64,000 bases of DNA from Takakia lepidozioides (Eukaryota > Plantae > Bryophyta), in the NCBI GenBank assembly GCA_030704615.1, contig CM060732.1:4340001-4404000 (forward strand), read 5' to 3'. Of the stretch, positions 24,126 through 34,229 are shown one piece after another (the stretch's first letter is position 1; every line of letters starts with the position of its first letter). A model generated the notes under the pieces. The model was given only the letters and a program-made list of their open reading frames with translations. It did not search any database and was not told the origin of the DNA. Both the position numbers and the translations under genes were made by a program.

Positions 24126-25271
24126 CAAATTTCCCTTGGCTGCTCCAGCCAATCTGCAAATAATGAATAAATCTCTTAAATAGGTCACCGCGAGTGCTCC
24201 TTGTCTCGTAATCCGGTGCCGTTACAAACCTTCACCAAAAATTCCCAAATTTTATGGATAATTTAGGTATGGACCTCTTGACGTTCCAGTAAATCCTTGG
24301 GCTAATCAGAGCCTTCTAACTCCATTTTGTCGACGTACTCTTTGCGTCCCGTTGCTCCAGAAGACTACAACTTTTGGGGAGTATCAAACTTGGTGGTGCT
24401 TCTTCGGGTCTTGACCCTGCCACTGACTCCCTGACCGTGGGAGACATCTCTTTTTGTTTCTAGTTTTCTAACTAATGTTTTGGTTTTGCCAGCAAAATGT
24501 CCGAACTAATGCCGGAGGTACAGCCGGGGATACAACGTATGGAGGTACAACCGGAGGTGGATCAGACAGAGAAACAGACGGGGGGGGGGGGGGGGGGGGG
24601 GGTGCACAATCGGCCTGCAAGCTGCTACTGCATGTAGGCGGAGATCATCAGATGAGGACACCGGATCAGGGGGACCGCCTGAGGACACAGGAGGGGGAGT
24701 TGGGCCTACTCGTCGCCCGCCATAACATCTGCGACACCTACGATACCCCTCGACCCTACGCATCTCATCTATCTCATGCTCGGGGAACCAACTGGTCACA
24801 TCAGGCACAAGCTCTGGCACAAATGGTGCAAGCACACCGGCGCGAAATGCCTCATGTGCAATGTGATTACGAGCTTGGGCATCAAGTCGTAGCTGCAATA
24901 TGTGTAGTATACGATGCATCAATACTTCCGTCGTAATTTGGGTTTACATATGAATACCAATTATACTATATTATTAAATATACCAAATGTACTATGAATG
25001 AACATTAATGAGAGGGGGTGGAAAAGACTCACCTTCGCCGCAACCGCAATCCCGTTCTTCCTGTAATGTTCTTCGACAATATGCGGTCACCGCCTCGGTG
25101 GTCTGGTGCTGCCCGGCGGTATCCATTCCTAACACTCAGTGCACCAACACTCCATCCTGTCGGGGGGTCAAAGGTGGACATGCTGGGGCGTTGTGCCTCT
25201 GGACTAGCAGGGCTCTCAGTGTAGATGCATATTTAGGTACATATTTATTTTTCAAGCATATTTTATCTTTA

Positions 25272-26000
25272 GGTAGACATCGTCAACCACCTCCACTTTC
25301 ATCTCCTCCGCCACCAGTACCACCTCCACCTCCATCTCTACCTCTACGTGGCGCATGTGCCCCGGCCCGAACCCCTAGGAGGGGTCGGCTTCGCCCTAGG
25401 TTTTCTCCCCTTCGGTTTGTGCGGCCTGAGGATCCTAACATTCAACAGAAGCGCATATGAATATGTTACTGAGGACCGTTCAGCCTCGTTGTTGGGGGAA
25501 TCATCTTGACCCTCCTGTCCCCATCCGAGAGAATGTGGAGTTCGAGTATTGGGGGAGACGGTATGTTGTAAGAGCCGCTACTAATCCTGCTATGGGTCGG
25601 GGTTTATTCATGGTCAATGATATTGTGGTTCCTCGTGGGAGAGACAGCATGGTGGACTTGTTTCCCTACTACGGTCCATACTACACCATAGGGGAGTTCC
25701 GCACATTACGCCTCGAAGCCCCATACATTCTACCATACATTTTGTGTATCAACGGACAGGATGTACGTAGACGGGGGTTGTCTCCCATTGACATTAGATA
25801 TTGTGATGGTGACCCCGATGTCTTCGGCAATGTTGCTGGGTTGGTCAACAGTTCTTTTGGTCAGCCTAGGATAATCAATGTAGTATGGGATGAGCGAAGC
25901 GATAGGCATAAGATATTTTGTGGTCATACGATATACTGTGAGGGGATATGATGACATGTGCTAGTAGGACTATTAGGACTGGCACCCAATATCATGGTAT
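25272..26000 (+). pseudogene. SET-domain-like gene, last exon (upstream exon remnants from ~24290)
   Basis: Pro-rich linker, then MGRGLF...I...LFPYYG...YIL...DGDPDVFGNVAGLVNSS. After a frameshift it reads MTCASRTIRTGTQ. These match SET motifs GxG, GNxxRFINHS and AxRDIxxGEEL. Confidence 0.7.
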
Positions 26001-26224
26001 ATATGGTGATATATATATATATATATATGGCTTTCACAAGATATCACAGCTGCGAGGGAGGCCGAAATAGTACAACGATCACACCACCAAGTCGGAAACA
26101 AAACAATGGAAGGTAAATTATTCATTGTATTTTCTCTTCCCTTATGTTCCATAACTAACAACAATCGGAAGCGCTTCAAGTGACGATCGGAATGGTTCAT
26201 CATCAAATATTCAACATGCTGAGG

Positions 26225-26515
26225 TCTTCTGTGATGTCTCTTGTTTCATAATGAGGTGCTTCTCCAGCTCTTGTTTTTCCTATGTATTAATGTTCTCCAT
26301 CTGGAATAGTTTCGCAAATGTATCGACAAAAACTTAAAAAAAACAAATGTTCATGAAAACTTGAAGCTTGCAAAAGCTTTTATGGTTGATTGGTATTTTA
26401 AGGATTTTCTGGGCAAATTTTTGAAACTGTTCCTAGTGGAAAACATAAAAACATTGGAGAAAGTAGACATGGAGAAGCACCGCATTACGAAACAAGAGAC
26501 ACTACAAAAACAGCT
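26225..26515. repeat. ~290-bp fold-back between the convergent SET-like and MULE genes
   Basis: 26235-26266 is the reverse complement of 26470-26501 (2 mismatches in 32). Degenerate pairing continues inward to ~26365. Confidence 0.8.
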
Positions 26516-26709
26516 TCAAAAGGCACAGGTACAAGACTAGACACGAAGTCAAGGTCGGCATGGCCGAATGCATGATGGATAAAGAAGAATCAATATGATC
26601 TTTATAACAATGGACAAAAGTACAAGATACTGGAACTCGACTTGAATACTGGAATGCTGGAAACTGGACCGGAGTACCAGATACTAGAAACTGGATTAGA
26701 GTACTGGAG

Positions 26710-28445
26710 TCTGGACTGGAGGAAACGATAGTGCCACCATGCTAGCCAACTGACCATTGCTCCCTCGTCTAATTTCCTTACAGCACCTGACGTTGTCCAC
26801 CAAGCCCGTATACATTCAAACTGTGTCTCTACATCATCCAAGGTGGGAGCACGCTTCCACGCAAGACACATGGAACGGTGCTCCTCTCTGAAATCTGGCA
26901 CCACGAGCCTGGTTGTGTACTGCGACAAGCTCTGCAGAAAATGGAACCCACAAGATCTCTCCTCGCCTTCATCGGAACATTGGGGTCTTCCCCGTACACC
27001 CTTCGGATGGTAGCCCAATTTGCTTGTGCGATGTCCGCCATGAAACCACGGAAATTGGGCGGGGGCAATCCCGCCCTGGCCATCTGTTCGTTTATTCCCT
27101 GCCAAAGAAGCATCTCCGATTGTGTGTCCTCCCCTTTCATCTCACAAATAGCAATTGTCATTAGCATCCTGCAATGGGTGTCGTAGACATGTGCACCCAT
27201 TGTCACCCACTGGTGATTTGTAATTCGCTTGATATGGTCGAACATGACCCAATTGTTTGACAAGTCCCCACTTATCATCCGGTGGACCAGTTCCATGCCG
27301 CTGCCAGGCCCACATGTGGACATTTTGAATACGAAACAACGATCTGCCTCAGTCCCTTGTCCTAGAAACCTACTTCAATGAATGTAGTCATATCCACATC
27401 GTCGCTTCACCTCCAGAATGGAGTGCATATCCAAGCCTCACCCAATTCCTTTTTTGCAGGAGACAATGTGGTTTCGGACATTCGGTGAACAAACGTGGGA
27501 CACTGACTCCAACAATGCCTCCATTTCCTTCTCATCGAGAGGAACTCTGTCGGAGCCATCTTCGGACATATTTCTGGCCAATGCCATCTTATGGGCGGCC
27601 TGCAGCTGTATTTGTTTGGGTTTGCCACCGGGTCTCAACTTAACCTCCTCCTGAATGAGCTGCTCTGCCTTGTGGGCAGCCTCCCGCGAGTTCCCCCTCG
27701 CCAATTTGTGACAATGCACACCAACGTGTATGCAAGCTCGTGTGAGGTCAGGGAAACGGTGCAACACATAGAACTGCTTGGCATTACAAATAGACATGCA
27801 ATGTGGTGGTTCTTTGCAATGCGCACACTTAAATGTAGAGTTTGGAACATTTTCCTGTGCTTGAAATGGTTGATGAGTTGTGCCCGTCCAATCCGTCTTG
27901 TTCTTGTGACCTTTGGATTTAAAGTGGAAGCAAGTTGGGGAGAAACACCGTAGCGCGCCCGCACACACAACGTAGCGCACCCGCACACCATCGAGCATCT
28001 TCATGCTGGTGGTTTTGGTGACGCACCAAGGATGACCGTCATGTTTCCTATCCATATCTGTCAACATTCCGGACGCCCTCGAATAGTCCGTTCGAGGAGG
28101 GAACTCAAAGAAGATATTGCCGTCGACATCTGCGGGAAGGCATGTCACGGATTTAATTGCGAACTTGCTGTAGTCCAGCCCAGCCAGCTCCGAGCGGTGT
28201 CCCTCCATGTGAAGCCCTCGCAGAATTTCAAGAATGGATCGAGTTGCTGAGCTCGTGCTGGGAATATGACTCTCTCGTCCGCTGATGTCCATTGAGGACT
28301 TGCCTGATCTCCAGGATGATCTTGGAACTTCCATGACCTTGTTTGAGTCGGACAGGTTGTAAACAACCCGGTTCTCGCTCATCTTCATTGATGGGGTCGG
28401 CTCTGGATTAACTTCGTTGTGGAGTTCTCTCTTTGAGGTACCCAC
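26710..28445 (-). pseudogene. MULE-type transposase copy 1 (GCM/WRKY-like domain + DDE), divergent and 3'-truncated
   Basis: DRKHDGHPW...CAGALRC...C...CAHC...C...C...GVHCH, then VMFDHIKR, FMADIAQA and WLAWWHYRF. Homology stops before the catalytic E and SWIM. Confidence 0.85.
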
Positions 28446-28553
28446 TCTCTGATTCGCGGATTGCGGGACGGGCTTGCGCGGCTTTGGTGCCTCCGAATCG
28501 TTGATCTGCAGTATCCGCCTGCATGGAACACTGAAGAGGCCAGGGGTTTGGAA

Positions 28554-31500
28554 ATGACAGATGCCTATGTAAGCAAGGGACGCACAGAAATGGTGGATCC
28601 CTCCAAGACAGCAGAAACAGGCAGTAACACACCGGCTGCATCCTTACCGGTTACACCATCGCGGGTGGGAGCAGCCCCCGCAATTACCCATACGGTGGAG
28701 ACTGGGGGGGGGGGGATAGAACACCACAAAGACCACGGAATGTGGGAGGTGGAGGTGAAGACGGGGAGAGGGCAATAGAGACGGGGAGAGGGCATGAGGT
28801 GCTTCCGCCGGTGATTGACGAAGTTGAGAACGACGAGAGGGACCTTTCTGACCAGGATGACATCCTCCCGGAGATCCCCAGGCCCCAAACCCGGAGCATA
28901 CAGACTGGATTTGGTGGTCCTGGTGGGCTGCTGGAGAACCCCCCTGGAGCAGACGTCATGTTGGAGGCGGATATGAAGCTGGCCGCTACCAAGATGTTGG
29001 AGGCAACCCACAGCAACATTGGCAGGGTCCTGGGGGGCATGGTGTACCCGGAAAAACTTTGGATTCCTCTCTACCGCTTGGTATCATTGCACGTGGTGAG
29101 ACCTGCCCTCCCAGGCGATATCGACAAGCATAAATTCTCTTTCCGGGAGGGATATCGAATGGGGTCTGCTATGTTTTATGTTTCCATTGAGAACGACCAC
29201 GGAGCTTCTCGTGCCCACACTTCCGATGAGGTGGACAAATGGGGTCCCCATTGGCAAAGGTGAAATGAGGAGTTCGAGAGATTGATTGCTACTGATCCCC
29301 TTTTCCACCACTTGTCCGGAAAGATGTTTTACGTGTGGGACGGCAATCATCGCCTCTTGGCATGGATGAGGCACATAGCCCAAGCCCACCCCAACGACCT
29401 GGATTGGCATTACGCCGTGGAGTGTGTTGTGCTGAAGGTTGCGGGGCCCAAAGATTGCAATCTTCTCAAAGCTGCAATGGCAGACATCAACTCGTAAGTT
29501 ACAATGCCTCTTGCTTTGGAACTTTGAATTTGAAACACTCATTTCATTGCCAATCGTCATATTTGTTGCAAATTCTCATTTCAGTATTGTGTAATGGAAA
29601 TGTGGCATTGCAGGGTGACTGAGAATGCCTTCATTGCCACCAACTTGTCCCACATGCTCTTCCAAGTGAAGGATGTCGGGAAGCAGGGGGTGCAAGAGTT
29701 TGCCAATTCGCTCAGTACCGACCTACTGCGCAAGTCGGAGGCAAAGGCAGACAAAACCTGGTATAGGCTGAGCATGGACGCCATGGTGGACTACATATTT
29801 TGGGTACAGCTCCCAACTCTTTTGTTGACCTAATCTGTCTTTGCTCCCCCAATAGAAGAAAAAGTGTGGACCAGGATTTCTAATCTTATGTGCGCATTGT
29901 TGACAGACAAAAATTCAGCAAGATTTGGCACATGCACGAAGGTTCTACATGGAGTCAGAGGAGAAGAAACTAACCCTCCCGACACTGGAATCGTATCTGA
30001 AAGCTGTGGAGGCGAAGGCTCGCATCAAGTACAAGTCGCGGATGGTGAAGTACGTGGCCATTGCTGATCCCGCCCTTGGTGCCGACTTTCTGGTGGAGGT
30101 GGGGAAGCACTACTCTTGCGCTCTTAAGCCCACGATTACACTGGAGAAGCTGCATCGTCTAGCTACAGCCTCTGTGGATGCAACAGAGAAGGTTATACAT
30201 TCTTAACCAAATTCTCTTGTGACAACAATTCGTTTTCGTGGTGTCTTGCGCTTACTAATATGCAAGGTGGTTGGACAGACCTGGTGGCTCCAAATCTGGA
30301 ATGGGTCCCAGAGTACAAGGGACATGTGGAGCTTCCCCAAACCCGACAAACTGTCTGACCCCACATTCGACATGTGGATGAGCCGCATGACATGGTGGTT
30401 TCAGGTACTTTCCCATGCTTCATTTGGCACTTCTACTCTTGTATCTGGTGGATTTCTTGTATTTATTAAGGAATGCGGTGAGATGGAGAATCTCCACAGA
30501 TGACGACGAATGCGCAAGAGCAGCTTGACACCCAAGCACATCAGTTCAAGCTGGAGATTTCTGGGGAAGCAGAGAGCCTACGCGACTATGTGACGAGGTA
30601 CTTTCTGCTCTACAAAACCGACCTGTTCTTTCGAGAGATACCGCATGCCCGCCAGAGCCACGAGTTCACCGACTAGCAGAACGCGGACAAAGTGACAATG
30701 TGCCTTCTGTACAGGTAAATATGCGGTGCTCCTCTTTGATCTGTGGCCATTGTAGTCCCTGGAGTTCGTGGATATAAAACGGCTTGTGTGGGGCATGACA
30801 ATTGGTTGTGAAGAAATGGCGAAGTCCCCGGGGTGACTGCCCCCGAGACAGGGAAAATGGACCCAGAATGGCTAAGTCCAATGAGGTGCTCGCCACGACA
30901 CGGGAAAAATGGCGCCGAATTTGCAGTTTAAGTGCCGTCCACCCTGGGGACAGCCATTTCTTGGCCCTGGAACTCGAAATTCGGCGCCATTTTCTCCCAT
31001 TTTGGCCCAAAAATGGCTGTCCTAGAAGGGGCTGGCCCCCAACCTGGAAAAATGGCGCCGAATTTCCAGTATCGGTGCCAGCCACCCCAGGGACTTGGCC
31101 ATTTCTGGGGCCCGGAACTGGAAATTCGGCGCCATTTTCCCAGGTTGGGTCCGAAAGTGCCCAAGTCCCAGAAAGGGTGGCCCCCAACCTGGAAAAGTGG
31201 CACCGAATTTCCAGTATCGGTGCCAGCCACCCTCGGGACTTAGCCATTTTCGGGGAACGGAACTGGAAATTCGGCGCCATTTTTCCAGGCTGGGTCCGAA
31301 AGTGGCGAAGTCCCAGAAAGGGCTGGGCCCCAACCTTGGAAAATGGCGCCGAATTTCCAGTTTCCCCAGGGACTTAGCCATTTCTGGGGCCCGAAAGTGG
31401 AAATTCGGCGCCATTTTTCTAGGTTGGGCCCCAAAACGCCTAAGTCCCAGAATGGGCTCCCTCGCCCTCGGGAAAAATGGTGCCGAATTACCACTTTCAA

Positions 31501-32420
31501 TGCACGGCACCCCGGGGAGCCAAGACCATCGGGCCCACCCCGCATAGAAATTCGGCGCCAATTTTGCAGTTTCTTGACGAAACATTAACCTCATTCCCAT
31601 GACCCGATTCTCTGTGGATTTCTTAAATGCAGGTACTGCAAGTTCTCCCTGTTGGAGAAAGGTCATCTGTCCTTTGAGCCGCCATTCTTCCTCGCATGGA
31701 GGAACCCTGGAGCTGATTCCATGTACGCTGACGTTATCGTGAAGGATTGGCATCTGGAGCATTTGCGCGATTGCCCTTGGTATGTGGACCTTCCGCCCGG
31801 AGGGCTCGACGCCTCCGAGTTTCAATTGAAGCTGGATGCTGAGGCCCGACGAAACCGGGCTCCGCTGCCTCCACTGGGTCCAAAGGAGGCGAAAGCGCTT
31901 GCCAAGTCCAGGAAAACGGCAGAGCTTGCTCAGGCAAGTATTCAGGAGAAGTTGAATGAGAAGAATAAAGGACAGAAGAAAAGGACACGGAATCAGGGGA
32001 CTGCAGTAACCCCCAAAAAACAGAAAACCACCGGGGCACGAGAGGAGGCGCAGGAGGAGCCCGAAGGGAGTGACTTTGACGACGACTTTGTGCAAGGTTT
32101 TGCGACTGTTGCTGCTGCTACCAAATCACCGGTAGTCCGGGTTCCCAAGTAAGGTTGGACTGGGACTGGCTCTGCCAAGAAGTTGGCATTTGAGTGCAAG
32201 CCTACATGGCGGTATTCGGTGGTGTCGTTTCCCCACAGGCCAAAGTTAGAACCCCCAGTTCAATCATCCAATGCGTCAATAAGAGCTTCCTTGACGCTCT
32301 GGCTGCCAGGGCGAAGAAGGTGGCACACAGCAAGTCTCTGGAGGAGCTGAAGGGGAAAGCGAAGAAGAGGGCTGCCGCTGCAGAGCCTAAAGACACCCCT
32401 GGTTTGGAAGCCATGATGGA
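28554..32420 (+). pseudogene. ParB/Sulfiredoxin-fold accessory gene copy 1, multi-exon
   Basis: IPLYRLVSLHVVRP...GYRMGSAMFYVS...FYVWDGNHRLLAW...AMADIN. GT-AG introns include 29494-29613 and 30715-31632. Lesions are a poly-G frameshift at ~28710 and TGA at 29261. The C-terminal tail is basic/acidic. Confidence 0.8.
30810..31570. repeat. Intronic array of alternating inverted GAAATTCGGCGCCATTTT / AAAATGGCGCCGAATTTC units
   Basis: About ten copies in alternating orientation with GGACTTAGCCA sub-repeats, entirely within intron 30715-31632. Confidence 0.9.
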
Positions 32421-33012
32421 ATTCTTCACGGCTATGAGCACTGTCGAGCGGCTTTTACTCACCCATCCCTTCGCTATCCGAGGAGGGAACTCCAAGATAG
32501 AAGAGTTGGATATCTCTAAGCACTCAGCCCGCCCAGAACAATCAATCATGACCTACAACTAGTGTATCATGGGAGTGCTTCATGTTTGTATTCCTTCTTG
32601 CCTTCATGTCAGCAAGTTACCTTACTGTTTATATTTAAGTATCAGATTGCTTCAGCAATCTACCAGGTTCCAATCACTCATCCATTCATTCCACAGCTTC
32701 ACTCAGGTCTCTCTACACAGGGTGAGTATGGAATATGTATCAGATTAAGATCTATCAAGTATCAGGCCGAAGCCATGGTGTCTCTAGTCTGCTCTACAAT
32801 ACAACTCTATAGCTTGCATCAATCAAGCATCATCTCCTCGTATGTGTAATCTCCATCCCCTGTGCTCCAAGATTGTGCTCTCCGCTTGACCTCCTCCCGT
32901 GATGTACAAGTCGTGATCTCCGAAGTATCCTCTCCCCATTGCTACTCTTCATTTTCTACCTACAAGCTGTTCTAACTGCCTAACTAACTAACTGTCATCC
33001 AGACAGATTATA

Positions 33013-33235
33013 CGTTCCCTCTGCAGATGTCGTTCCCACATAGTCGTTCCCTGCCATGGTAACCGTTCCCTGCGAATGCTGTGACGGCTGTGCCAAACTG
33101 TGTCGACTGTGACTGGCTATGTCAAACTGTGTCGAGCTGTGCTGGGCTGTGACTGGCTGTGTTGGACTGTGTCGAGCTGTGATAGACTGTGATAGACTGT
33201 GTAAGCCTGTATACCACCCCTAAAGCCTGTGTTGG
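33013..33235. repeat. CGTTCCC x4 followed by a 10-bp-period CTGTG minisatellite
   Basis: Directly visible, e.g. GTCGAGCTGT GCTGGGCTGT GACTGGCTGT GTTGGACTGT. Confidence 0.7.
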
Positions 33236-34229
33236 TCTAAGTCTACATCCGTAAGTCTGCGCAAAAATTAAGGGTACCCCTCAGAACCCGTAAAACTGTC
33301 TAAGTCCCAGATAGCCCTCTAACATTACCCCTCCCCCTCTCAAAAAGTCGTGTCCTCACGGTTTACTGTTTAGGATCAGCAAACCTCTGTGAATGAGCAC
33401 CCTTCTGTCGGTGAGAGTCCCGTGGAGGGCTCTGTGTGCGAGCTTGAGCCCTGTCGCTGGCTGATGGAGATGACTGTCCACCAAATACAATTGACTGCCC
33501 TTATTTTGGCTGATAAGGAGGTAACTTCTCAGGCATAGGAGATCCCCGTCGTTTCTTCTCCGCCATCTGTATTGCATAGTCCTCAGCCATGTCAAAAGGT
33601 TCCTCCATAGAACCCAACGACGCAATGGCGTGAGCGTTGTGCGTGAGCGCGCGAGCGTACGCTCACACAGGAGTGACGTGGCGCGAGCGTATGCTCACGC
33701 CAGCTGACGTGGCGTGAGCGTCATGTCGGCATGCTGATGTGGCGGTAAATGATGACGTGGCACTGTCCGTCATCTGCCACATCAGCATTAACATGCGCCG
33801 CCTATAACCGTGGATGGTCCTATGACCGTGGAATTAATGCAGGGAATCTTGCCTAAATAGAATCAAGACGAACGTTGAGGCCTACAATTGCAGCATCCAA
33901 CATTGTGCAATTACAAATGCTTGTTTCACTTTTACAATTACGAGGACGAAAAAATATCCTCACAAAGTGTGCGCCATAAAGGCTGCCACGGGAAGACCTT
34001 CCTCCCTCCTCAAATAACAATGAGAGTTAGGATCATTTTCAAAAGATGATTGTAGTGCATAGCGACAGCAAGACATGTAGACTTCGAACGGTGCAATGAC
34101 AAATGTGCACTACCTAAAAGTTGTCACTCAGAGCTCACTCCGTATAGTTGGAGGCCATATCATTGCACCGCCGACGAATTGATGTGAATTACACATTTCA
34201 AATCATGGTCGTCCACATACCACATTGCA

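Noticed and set aside
28742-29497. Bacterial or plasmid parB from contamination or recent transfer
   Set aside because: It has conserved spliceosomal introns and multiple diverged copies, and there is no parA or operon context.
30666-32095. Long ORFs (204, 191 and 357 aa) over the GGCGCC array
   Set aside because: These are translations of a stop-poor intronic repeat or the antisense of the ParB-like exon.
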